48,333 nt of DNA from Clostridia bacterium (GTDB lineage: Bacteria; Bacillota; Clostridia; Christensenellales; Borkfalkiaceae): the NCBI GenBank assembly GCA_017504065.1, contig JAFVRU010000176.1, positions 1 through 48,333 on the forward strand, read 5' to 3'. A model generated the notes under the pieces. It had not been told where the DNA came from. It worked only from the letters and a program-made list of their open reading frames with translations, and searched no databases. The translations under genes were made by a program, and so were the position numbers. Every line of letters starts with the position of its first letter. Positions within the stretch are counted from its first letter, which is position 1. Below, piece by piece: positions 8,983 through 17,434 of the stretch.

Positions 8983-11418
8983 TCAGCGGAGTTCCACGCC
9001 GAGCTTGAATTTGAGATTGCCCAAAATCTTCTTCACGAACCCGTCCAACGTTTCGGGCGTGAACGCCTTTTCTGCTTGCATATCGGGCGTAAACGTCAAC
9101 GTGAACGCCATACTCTTCTTACCTTCGGGTACTTGACCGCCGCGGTATACGTCAAACAAACGAGCCTTGGTTACGTACTTGCAGGAATGCAACAACACGT
9201 TCTCGATTTCCGCGCACGTGAGTTTCTCGTCGGCAAGCAACGCAAGGTCGCGCTCCACCGCGGGGAATTTCGGTAAGTTGGTATACCGCACTCCGTCGTC
9301 CTTTTGCAGCAATATTTCCAAATCCAACTCGCCAAGGTAAACCTTTTTGTCCAAACCGAGCGCAAGCGCGATCGCGGGATCGAGTTCACCAAACGCGCCG
9401 ATTACTTGATCGTCAAGCAAAACGTTCGCCGAAACGCCGGGGTGTAAATAGGATTTTTCCGCGCGCTCCAACCCGAACGTTACGTGGAAGTTTTCCGCGA
9501 CGCGTTCCACCGCGCCTTTCATATCGAAGAAATCGTTGTCGCCACCCCAAATCCCCAACACCAAACGCTTGCGTTCTTCGGGCTGCGCGTTCACGTCCGT
9601 CGGATTCGGGAAATACACGTTCGCAATTTCAAACTCTCTACCCACGTCGTTGCCGCGGCGGATATTCCGTACCGCGTTTTGCAGCATTGACGGAGCAAGG
9701 AAGGTACGCATCACCGATAATTCTTCGCTGATCGGATTGAGTATCTTCACCGCATTGCGTTCCGCCGCGTCGTCCGCAAGCTTCATCAAATCGAAGTCTT
9801 TCGGGGAATAGAACGAGTAGTTATACGCTTCGGAAAAACCTTGTACGCGCAACACATTCTTCAAATGCAGCTCGCGTTTTTGTTCGTCGGTAAGCCCGCC
9901 GCCCGTTACGCTTGCGCTATCCAAAAACGTCGGCGTAATATGCTCGTAACCGTACATACGAATAATTTCTTCCGCCAAATCGGGATACCCGTCCACGTCG
10001 TCGCGATATCCGGGGATTTCCACCGTCAACGTATCGCCGTCGATTTGCGGTTTGAATTCCAACCGCGTCAAAATCGCTTGAATTTCCACGTTCGGAACTT
10101 CGATCCCGAGCAACGCGTTGATCTTGGAAATGCTCGCCGTCATCATTCTCGGCGCAAGCGAAACCGCGCAAACGTCTTGGCAAAGCTCGGTTACTCTGCC
10201 GCAGCCGAGTTCTTCCATCAGGTGCAACGCGCGCGCCATACCCAAAGCGTTGGTGTACGCGTCCACGCCCTTTTCAAAGCGCGACGATGAATCGGACGAT
10301 TGCCCCAAAGCCCGCGACGTCTTCCGAACGTTATCCCGCGCGAATTTTGCCGATTCAAAGAACACGTTTTTCGTCGTGGATTTGATTTCGCTATTTAAGC
10401 CGCCCATAATCCCCGCAAGCGCAACAGGCTTCTTGCCGTCGCAAATCACGAGATTTTCCGTAGTCAGCGTGAATTCTTTTTCGTCGAGCGTAACGATCTT
10501 TTCCCCGTTTTCCGCGCGACGGACGACGATTTTCCGATCGCCGAGATCGTCCGCGTCGAACGCGTGCATCGGTTGTCCCATTTCCAATAAAACGAAGTTG
10601 GTGATATCGACGATGGGCGAAATCGAACGAATCCCCGAAATCGCCAAACGTTTCCGCATCCAAGCGGGCGTTTCCCCGCCCGTTATATTTTCGACGTAAT
10701 GCCCCACGTACCGCGGACAAAGATCGGGCGCAAGCACTTCCACCGCCACGGGCGCAGCCGTCGTTTTATGCGCGGTGTACGAAACGTCGGGTTGTTTCAA
10801 CGGCTTATGCAAAACCGCCGCTACTTCGCGCGCGATCCCGAAAATACATTGACAGTCGGGACGGTTCGCCGTAATCGAAATATCAAAAATCCAATCGTCC
10901 AACCCAACGATTTTGCGGATATCTTCCCCGACAGGCGCACTCTTATCCAAATCCAACAGCCCGTCCACTTCCGCTCCTGGATAGAAATCGTCGTTGATTC
11001 CGAGTTCTTCACCCGAGCAAAGCATACCGAACGATTCCACGCCGCGGAGTTTGCCTTTCTTAATTTTCTTGACCGCGTCGGGGTTTTTCGCCAACACGTC
11101 GGGGTTGCTTTCCACGACCGTGGAATTGTCGAGCGCACAGGGCGTTTTCATTCCCACGTATACGTTGGACGCACCCGTTACGATCTGTATTTCTCTGCCG
11201 TAGGCTTCGCCGCAATCCACGACGCAAATTTGCATGTGATCGCTATCGGGGTGCGGCGTTAACGCCTTGACTTCCCCAACGACAACCCGATCGATCTTGC
11301 TCCCGAGATAGGAGAGTTCTTCCACTTCAAACCCGCAAGAAAAGAGCTTGTTTGCCAATTCTTCCGCGGAAACGTCTATATCTACGTAATCTTTTAACCA
11401 ACTTAAAGGCGCTTTCAT
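8983..11418 (-). CDS. pheT: Phenylalanine--tRNA ligase beta subunit
   Basis: 811 aa. N-terminal tRNA-binding domain, B3/4, B5 and a C-terminal anticodon-binding (FDX-ACB) layout, immediately downstream of pheS. Confidence 0.95.
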   Translation of the reverse strand: MKAPLSWLKDYVDIDVSAEELANKLFSCGFEVEELSYLGSKIDRVVVGEVKALTPHPDSDHMQICVVDCGEAYGREIQIVTGASNVYVGMKTPCALDNSTVVESNPDVLAKNPDAVKKIKKGKLRGVESFGMLCSGEELGINDDFYPGAEVDGLLDLDKSAPVGEDIRKIVGLDDWIFDISITANRPDCQCIFGIAREVAAVLHKPLKQPDVSYTAHKTTAAPVAVEVLAPDLCPRYVGHYVENITGGETPAWMRKRLAISGIRSISPIVDITNFVLLEMGQPMHAFDADDLGDRKIVVRRAENGEKIVTLDEKEFTLTTENLVICDGKKPVALAGIMGGLNSEIKSTTKNVFFESAKFARDNVRKTSRALGQSSDSSSRFEKGVDAYTNALGMARALHLMEELGCGRVTELCQDVCAVSLAPRMMTASISKINALLGIEVPNVEIQAILTRLEFKPQIDGDTLTVEIPGYRDDVDGYPDLAEEIIRMYGYEHITPTFLDSASVTGGGLTDEQKRELHLKNVLRVQGFSEAYNYSFYSPKDFDLMKLADDAAERNAVKILNPISEELSVMRTFLAPSMLQNAVRNIRRGNDVGREFEIANVYFPNPTDVNAQPEERKRLVLGIWGGDNDFFDMKGAVERVAENFHVTFGLERAEKSYLHPGVSANVLLDDQVIGAFGELDPAIALALGLDKKVYLGELDLEILLQKDDGVRYTNLPKFPAVERDLALLADEKLTCAEIENVLLHSCKYVTKARLFDVYRGGQVPEGKKSMAFTLTFTPDMQAEKAFTPETLDGFVKKILGNLKFKLGVELR

Positions 11419-11437
11419 TTTTCTTCTCTCCTTGTCC

Positions 11438-12451
11438 TTAATTTTCGAATTGTTTCAAGAACCGAACGTCGTTTTCAAACAACGTTTTGATATTGTTGAT
11501 ACCGTATTTCAGCATCGCGATCCGTTCAATCCCCATACCGAACGCAAAGCCCGTGTACTTATCGGGATCTACGCCGCAGTTCTCCAACACGCGACGGTTG
11601 ACCATACCCGCGCCGAGCACTTCAATCCAACCCGTACCCTTACACAACCGACAGCCCTTGCCGCCGCATTCCGAACAGCTTAAATCGACTTCGACGCTCG
11701 GTTCGGTGAACGGGAAATAGGACGGGCGCAAACGCACTTTCGTAGACGACGTAAACATCTTCCGCGCGAATTCCGCCAGCATGCCTTGCAAATCGCAAAG
11801 CGTAATCCCTTTATCGACGACCAAACCTTCCATTTGATGGAACATCGGGGAGTGCGTCGCGTCGTCGTCGGAACGGAACACTCGTCCCGGCGAAAGGATC
11901 TTGATCGGGGGCGCTTCCTTTTCCATTACGCGGATTTGCCCAGCCGAAGTTTGCGTACGGAGCAACAAATTCTCCGCCAAATAGAACGTGTCTTGCATAT
12001 CCCGAGCGGGGTGGTCTTTGGGGGTATTGAGCGCCGTGAAATTGTAATAATCCGTTTCAATTTCAGGTCCTTCGAATACTTTGAATCCCATGCCCGCGAA
12101 AATATCGATGAGCTCGTTTTTGACAAGCGTGATCGGGTGCAACGCGCCCGCCGTATACGTTTTCCCGGGCATTGTAATATCGATACGTTCCTTGGCGTAT
12201 TTTTCTTCCATTTCCATTTGTCGAACCACAACCGCGCGCGCTTCGAATTTTTCTTCCATCGAGTTTTTGAACTCGTTGACGATCTTGCCGAACGTCGGGC
12301 GTTCTTCCTTGGGCAAATCTTTCATACCGCTCATAATCCCTTTGAGCTCGGTTTGGAATTTCACCTTTAATTCGTACAGCGCCCGACCCGTGGACGCTTG
12401 CTCCATCGCGGCTTCGATCGCCGCGCGTAAGCTTTCGATTTTTGCTTGCAT
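11438..12451 (-). CDS. pheS: Phenylalanine--tRNA ligase alpha subunit
   Basis: Class II motifs ([34 protein letters not shown]). Start moved to the ATG at 12449-12451 (MQAKIESL), which has GGAGG 5 nt upstream. The ORF-track N-terminal extension runs into the T-box terminator. Confidence 0.95.
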   Translation of the reverse strand: MQAKIESLRAAIEAAMEQASTGRALYELKVKFQTELKGIMSGMKDLPKEERPTFGKIVNEFKNSMEEKFEARAVVVRQMEMEEKYAKERIDITMPGKTYTAGALHPITLVKNELIDIFAGMGFKVFEGPEIETDYYNFTALNTPKDHPARDMQDTFYLAENLLLRTQTSAGQIRVMEKEAPPIKILSPGRVFRSDDDATHSPMFHQMEGLVVDKGITLCDLQGMLAEFARKMFTSSTKVRLRPSYFPFTEPSVEVDLSCSECGGKGCRLCKGTGWIEVLGAGMVNRRVLENCGVDPDKYTGFAFGMGIERIAMLKYGINNIKTLFENDVRFLKQFEN

Positions 12452-12755
12452 AACTACCTCCGAAGATTGATTTGTTTGATATAGAAAACGCCCTGCGTGT
12501 TTCCGCTCGGAAACACGCAGGGCGAATATTACCGCTGTACCACCTGCATTCACGCAGGGTTTACTCCCCGCGCCTTATTCGCGTATAACGCCACGCCCGC
12601 GGTCTTCCCTACGGCTTTCGCTTTCAAAAAGACAGCTCCCAAGTGAAATGGCAATTTTTCCTTTCCTACCCGCCTTTCAGCCTTGGACGGACTCTCTTTG
12701 AAGAAAGCTTTGAAAAACGCCTGCTTGTTCTTCGCTTTTCGTATTCTATTTTCTT
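12452..12755 (-). promoter_or_regulatory. T-box riboswitch leader (candidate UUC Phe specifier) for pheS-pheT
   Basis: Minus strand carries AGAGAG (about 12703-12708) and a candidate specifier UUC followed by A (12644-12647). The T-box sequence GGTGGTACAGCGGT is at 12531-12544. A 16-bp terminator stem (12489-12524) is followed by TTTTCTAT. Confidence 0.85.
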
Positions 12756-12761
12756 TTTTTC

Positions 12762-12790
12762 ATTATATCCGTTTTTGCAAAAAAAGTCAA
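12762..12790 (-). promoter_or_regulatory. Sigma-A-type promoter of the pheST T-box leader
   Basis: TTGACT (12785-12790), 17 nt, TATAAT (12762-12767) on the minus strand. Confidence 0.6.
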
Positions 12791-12810
12791 ACGATTTCTT
12801 CTATCTTGCC

Positions 12811-13458
12811 TTATTTGTTTTTCAATAAATCACGGATTTCTTCCAAAAGCCGCGTATTTGCCGTCGCCTTGGCTTCTTCTTCCGCTTTGGCTTTTGCTTC
12901 CGCTTCCGCAGCAAGTCGCATTTCTTCTTCCTTCTTGGCTTTCGCTTCCGCCTTTCTTTCTTCCACAATCGCCATCGCTTCCTTTTTCGAAACCTTCAGC
13001 TCCCGACGGATTTTATACGCTTCCTTTTTATCGTCGAGATCCCAGCCTTCGACCATCTTTTCTTGCGCCGCGTTAATGCGGTTAATCGTCCTTACGATTA
13101 AGAACAACACGAATGCGATCAACAGGAAGTTGATAATCGCGCTGATAAACGAGCCCCAATCGATATAGATCGAGTTCGCAAGATCGAGTTCTTTAATCAC
13201 CACGCCGTTGGAATCGACCGTTTCCGTATAGGACGCCGAAAGCATCGTAATTGCGCCGCTAAACCCGTCTTTTCCGAGAATAAACGCCAACAACCAATTG
13301 ATCAGCGGGCGAAGAATGAAATTCCCCATTCCGTTGACGATCGCGGTGAACGCGCCGCCAACGATAACGCCGACTGCCATGTCCAACACGTTGCCGCGCG
13401 TGATGAACGTTTTAAATTCGCCGAAAAACTTCTTAATACCACGTATTTTCTTTTCCAT
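12811..13458 (-). CDS. mscL: Large-conductance mechanosensitive channel with a long charged C-terminal extension
   Basis: N-terminus FKTFITRGNVLDMAVGVIVGGAFTAIVN is canonical MscL TM1. The protein is 215 aa, with an enlarged loop and an E/K/A-rich tail of about 80 aa. Confidence 0.85.
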   Translation of the reverse strand: MEKKIRGIKKFFGEFKTFITRGNVLDMAVGVIVGGAFTAIVNGMGNFILRPLINWLLAFILGKDGFSGAITMLSASYTETVDSNGVVIKELDLANSIYIDWGSFISAIINFLLIAFVLFLIVRTINRINAAQEKMVEGWDLDDKKEAYKIRRELKVSKKEAMAIVEERKAEAKAKKEEEMRLAAEAEAKAKAEEEAKATANTRLLEEIRDLLKNK

Positions 13459-13502
13459 AATGTTCTCCTTTCGCGCAAAAGCGCGCGTTTCATACGTGTT
13501 CT

Positions 13503-13532
13503 ATTATATCGTATTTCGTCGAACTTTGTCAA
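13503..13532 (-). promoter_or_regulatory. Sigma-A-type promoter of mscL
   Basis: TTGACA (13527-13532), 18 nt, TATAAT (13503-13508) on the minus strand. Confidence 0.55.
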
Positions 13533-13548
13533 CTAATTGTATATGCAA

Positions 13549-13577
13549 AAACCGAAGAAAGGTCGTTTCTTCGGTTT
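13549..13577 (-). terminator. Intrinsic terminator after the alpha-galactosidase gene
   Basis: 12-bp stem AAACCGAAGAAA/TTTCTTCGGTTT with a 5-nt loop, followed by TTTTTGC on the minus strand. Confidence 0.7.
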
Positions 13578-13614
13578 GTAAAATTTGCTTGTTTTTTGCT
13601 GATTTTTTTTGTTT

Positions 13615-15807
13615 TCAATTCTTTTTCGCGCGTTGTACCGCTTTTTTGAAAATTAAACACCGCGTAAACATACCGTTTGCCATGCGTTCGGGCGCAACGT
13701 CGCCGAGCAAATCCACGGGAATTTCGCCGTTGATAAGCGTTTCCCCGCTGACGGTGAATTTTTGCGGTTCGTCTGCGTAATTGCTCTGTTTGCGATAGCT
13801 TACTTCGTACATGGTAGCCGCGTCCAGCCCTTTAAACGCAATCGCAAACCGTTTTCTCGACACCTTGAAGTTTTCCAAAATCACCGTAGCGACGGCTTGT
13901 GTTTTACTCGCGTTGACGTACATAAAGCCGCCCAACTCCGCATTGGGGTCTTCCCCTAAATTCCCGAGCCGATACAAATCCCCGAATTGGAACGTTTTGC
14001 GGTATTTTTTAAAAAACTCGATCTGCGCTTTGACCGTTTCCCGCTCGGTTTCCGATAATTTGGAAAGGTCCATTTCGTAGCCGAACCCGCCGCAAGCCGA
14101 AACGTTGAACCGCGTTTCCAACGCCGCCGCATTCCCCGTTTGGTGATTGGGCGAAGCGGAAACGTGGCAGGAAATCGCGCTCGCGGGATAGCCGTACGAC
14201 GTGCCGCGCTGAATGTTTACCCGACATCTCGCGTCGGTGTTGTCCGAAGCCCAAATTTGCGGCATATAGCACAAAACCCCCAAATCGAACCGACCGCCGC
14301 CCGCAGCGCAGCCTTCGAACAAGACGGACGGAAACCGTTCCGTCAATTTCGACATAACGGTATACAATCCCTTGACGTATTCATGGAAATATTCCCCGCC
14401 GAAAAATTCTTTGGAGAAACAGTCCGTCATCGTGCGGTTGAAATCCCATTTCACGTACGCGGCTTTGGTTTCCGCGATCACGGCGGAAATTACCCGTACC
14501 AAATATTTTTGCACGTTTGAATCGGCAAGGTTGAGCATGAGTTGGTTGCGGATACGGAACGGCTCACGCCCGGGAATTTTCATCGCGTATTCGGGATGTT
14601 TTCTATACAACTCGCTGTCTTCCGAGATCATTTCGGGTTCTACCCAGATCCCGAATTTCAAACCGCGCTCCCGTACGGATTCCGCCAAAGCGGCAATCCC
14701 GCCCGTTTTTTTCTCGTAGTCGAACCAATCCCCGAGCGACGAATTGTCTTCGTCCCGATGTCCGAACCAGCCGTCGTCCAAAACGAACATTTCGACACCG
14801 AGCTCCGCTGCGGTATCGGCGATTTGTAAAATTTTCTCGCGGTTAAAATCAAAATACGTCGCTTCCCAATTATTGATCAGGATCGGACGTTCCTTTTCCT
14901 GCCATTTTTCGCGAATAATATGCTTCCCTACAAACCGTTGCATAGCAAGACTCGCTGCATCAACGCTCGGCGCGTAACACATCACCGCTTCCGGCGAACA
15001 AAAACTCTCCCCATAGCCGAGTTTTTTATCGAACATAAAGTCGTTCATGCCCACCATAACGCGCGTTTTGCCCGTGATGATCTTTTCCGCACTCTCTTTA
15101 TGATTGCCCGAGTACACGAGATTGAACGCGTACACGCTACCCGCTTTTTGCAGCATCACGAACGGATTCGCCGCGTGGGAGCTCGACCCGATACGGCTCT
15201 CGTTGACTAACACCGCCCCGCCCGTAACCGGCGTGGAGATCTTGTTTCGCTCGTTCGCCCATTCGCCGCGGAAAGTCGTAAACTCAAACCCGCCGCCCCA
15301 AACTTCCAACTGCAAGGACGGTAAATTTTTGACGTGTACGTCTTTTTTCCCGCCGTTATACAGCCGCGACGACACCGCGATCACGTCGCTATCTTCGAAT
15401 ACCGTGTAGTATAAAAACAGCTTGACTTTCGTCGGCTCGTCCACAAACTCCAAACAAAGCGTTTTACTCGATTTCTTCTCGCCTGCGCAAGCATACGACG
15501 ACGGCAACGGCGCAAGATCGGGCTTTTCCGTAATTTTTGCGCGCGTGAACACGAACCGCGTCGTATACGACCCGTCCGAAAATTGACACGCCACGCCCGA
15601 GCGGTGGCTCTCCCCTTCCCCAAACGAAGAAACTAGTTTAAGTTGCACGTTCTCGTATTCCCGTAGCGAGCGAAAAATTTCGTAATCCCCGCCGACGGAT
15701 AACCGTTTGCCGTAATATAAATATTCCGCGCTTTTCTCGTTCAATCCGATCAAAAGCGTCGTATTCGGGGTATCGAGCTTATAAATTTTGCCCTTGCATC
15801 TGATCAT
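13615..15807 (-). CDS. Alpha-galactosidase, glycoside hydrolase family 36
   Basis: ILINNWEATYFDFN, FVLDDGWFGHRDEDNSSLGDW, KFGIWVEPEM and YVKWDFNR are GH36 blocks. Start moved to the ATG at 15805-15807 (MIRCKGKIYKL), which has GGAGG upstream. Confidence 0.9.
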   Translation of the reverse strand: MIRCKGKIYKLDTPNTTLLIGLNEKSAEYLYYGKRLSVGGDYEIFRSLREYENVQLKLVSSFGEGESHRSGVACQFSDGSYTTRFVFTRAKITEKPDLAPLPSSYACAGEKKSSKTLCLEFVDEPTKVKLFLYYTVFEDSDVIAVSSRLYNGGKKDVHVKNLPSLQLEVWGGGFEFTTFRGEWANERNKISTPVTGGAVLVNESRIGSSSHAANPFVMLQKAGSVYAFNLVYSGNHKESAEKIITGKTRVMVGMNDFMFDKKLGYGESFCSPEAVMCYAPSVDAASLAMQRFVGKHIIREKWQEKERPILINNWEATYFDFNREKILQIADTAAELGVEMFVLDDGWFGHRDEDNSSLGDWFDYEKKTGGIAALAESVRERGLKFGIWVEPEMISEDSELYRKHPEYAMKIPGREPFRIRNQLMLNLADSNVQKYLVRVISAVIAETKAAYVKWDFNRTMTDCFSKEFFGGEYFHEYVKGLYTVMSKLTERFPSVLFEGCAAGGGRFDLGVLCYMPQIWASDNTDARCRVNIQRGTSYGYPASAISCHVSASPNHQTGNAAALETRFNVSACGGFGYEMDLSKLSETERETVKAQIEFFKKYRKTFQFGDLYRLGNLGEDPNAELGGFMYVNASKTQAVATVILENFKVSRKRFAIAFKGLDAATMYEVSYRKQSNYADEPQKFTVSGETLINGEIPVDLLGDVAPERMANGMFTRCLIFKKAVQRAKKN

Positions 15808-15896
15808 AAAAACCTCCGCGGTTTCCCGCAAAATCCATTGTGTTTTTATTATAGCATACAAGCCGCAAAACATGCAAGTATTTTTCGATATTTTCT

Positions 15897-16121
15897 TTAC
15901 TCCAGCGCCTGTTCTTTTGCGGATTTTTCCATCAAATCCCGCACGAGCGACATATCTTCCGTCGCTTCTTGGCACAGCCGTAAAAGCTCCTGTCGCGTTT
16001 CCTTACGAACGCAACGAGATAAGGCGGTTAAATACTCCCCAATTAAAGCTTTTTCCGTATAAAAAACATCCTTTAAACTGTCGTATTCGTTGAGCGTAAT
16101 CTCTCTTTTTTCCAGCTTCAT
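15897..16121 (-). CDS. Small helical protein, Coat F (CotF)-like candidate
   Basis: 74 aa. The pattern LNEYDSLKDVFYTEKALIGEYLTAL....R.ELL resembles the Coat F domain as I remember it. G-rich RBS; ATGA overlap with the upstream small gene. Confidence 0.4.
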   Translation of the reverse strand: MKLEKREITLNEYDSLKDVFYTEKALIGEYLTALSRCVRKETRQELLRLCQEATEDMSLVRDLMEKSAKEQALE

Positions 16122-16342
16122 TCTTCTCCCCCCGATTTTGTTTCCGATTTTCCGAGCGCCAACGCTTCCAATTTCTTCTTGCGTTTGGCATGCCGAGCCG
16201 ACAGTTCTTCCATGGCTTGCGCTATGGCAACTTCGGTCAACAACCGAGAATAGATTTTCGTCTTTTTCTCACCCAAATCTTCCACTTGCGCCAACGCGAA
16301 AAGCCAGCCCTTTTCTTTCTCTTGCACATCGCTTTTTTGCAT
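16118..16342 (-). CDS. Hypothetical small charged protein
   Basis: 74 aa. Strong RBS (GGGAGG, 7 nt, ATG). The stop overlaps the start of the next small gene. Confidence 0.45.
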   Translation of the reverse strand: MQKSDVQEKEKGWLFALAQVEDLGEKKTKIYSRLLTEVAIAQAMEELSARHAKRKKKLEALALGKSETKSGGEE

Positions 16343-16395
16343 AAAAAACCTCCCGTTTTACCCGCAGTATACGGAAATTCGGAAGGTTTTATACG

Positions 16396-17025
16396 CTATT
16401 TCTTTTTGTAGTAATCGCACAAATCCCGCAAGGTACAACCGTTGCAATCGGGGCGTTGGGAATGACACACCCGCCGCCCGTGGTAAATGAGCCAATGATG
16501 CGCGCTCGACCATTTGTTTTCGGGAATGGCCTTGCACAAACCTGCTTCCACAGCCAGCGGAGTACTCCCCTTCGCCAAGCCCAAGCGGTTGCTCACCCGA
16601 AACACGTGCGTATCCACGGCGATTGCCGCCCCGCCGAACGCGACGGAATACACGACGTTTGCCGTTTTCTTGCCTACCCCCGCAAGCGTCATCAAGCTTT
16701 CGACCGTATTCGGGACTTGCCCGTCAAACCGCTCGAGAATGTCTTTCGAAGCGGAAAGGATATGCTCGGCTTTCATGCGGTAAAAACCGCAGGAGAAAAT
16801 ATACTTTTCCAGCTCCTGTTGCGTAAGCGTAACCATCTGCTCGGGCGTGGAATACTTTTCAAAAAGTTTTTCCGTTACGATATTCACCCGCTCGTCCGTG
16901 CATTGCGCGGATAGAATCACCGCGACAAGCAGCTCGTACGCCGTTCGAAACCGCAGCGCGGGCTTCGCGCCTTGGTATAATCTTTCCAATTCGGCAAGCG
17001 CCTTTTCTTTGTCCGTCTTTTTCAT
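16396..17025 (-). CDS. nth: Endonuclease III
   Basis: 209 aa. HhH-GPD (LAGVGKKTANVV) and the C-terminal 4Fe-4S ligand pattern CHSQRPDCNGCTLRDLC. Confidence 0.9.
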   Translation of the reverse strand: MKKTDKEKALAELERLYQGAKPALRFRTAYELLVAVILSAQCTDERVNIVTEKLFEKYSTPEQMVTLTQQELEKYIFSCGFYRMKAEHILSASKDILERFDGQVPNTVESLMTLAGVGKKTANVVYSVAFGGAAIAVDTHVFRVSNRLGLAKGSTPLAVEAGLCKAIPENKWSSAHHWLIYHGRRVCHSQRPDCNGCTLRDLCDYYKKK

Positions 17026-17034
17026 AGCCTACTT

Positions 17035-17063
17035 AGTATACCACAAACGGACGGATTTTGCAA
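17035..17063 (-). promoter_or_regulatory. Sigma-A-type promoter of nth (near-leaderless)
   Basis: TTGCAA (17058-17063), 17 nt, TGgTATACT (-10 at 17035-17040). Only 9 nt separate the -10 from the ATG at 17025, and there is no usable SD. Confidence 0.5.
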
Positions 17064-17112
17064 CTCTCTTGAACGCTCGCCCCGCATTTCACCCCCTTTT
17101 TTCGTTTTTTTC

Positions 17113-17370
17113 TTACCGATACGGCGTTACCGACATTTTCCCGCCGATGAACTCCGTTTTATAAAATCCCTTAAACGAAGAATACTCCGCCGTTTTCAAA
17201 ATCGCCCGCGCCCGCAAAAACGACCGCGAATCAAAGCGTACGCACAACCCGCAACCGATCCGAACTTCTTTCGGAGTCGGCACGGTCGTCGCCGTTACGC
17301 CGTAGCGTTTTAACCGTTCCGCATAATCCAAGCTATGCGAACGGGAGCGGAACACCGCTAAAATCATCAT
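17113..17370 (-). CDS. DUF3343-like small protein (putative Se/S carrier-like)
   Basis: 85 aa. VPTPKEVRIGCGLCVRFD matches the conserved Cys-containing core of DUF3343 as I remember it. Divergent from a class-V aminotransferase gene. Confidence 0.55.
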   Translation of the reverse strand: MMILAVFRSRSHSLDYAERLKRYGVTATTVPTPKEVRIGCGLCVRFDSRSFLRARAILKTAEYSSFKGFYKTEFIGGKMSVTPYR

Positions 17371-17434
17371 ATCATAAGTGCCTCCTTTACGGAATACTAT
17401 ATTTTATGAAATCTTCCGAAAAAGGGGTACTTGT

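Noticed and set aside
15808-15975. N-terminal extensions in the ORF track (GH36, pheS, dtd, ppa, XRE regulator, nagB, aroE, aroK, lipoprotein, small genes)
   Set aside because: In each case an internal ATG with a good Shine-Dalgarno sequence gives the canonical family N-terminus. The extension covers promoters, terminators or the preceding gene.
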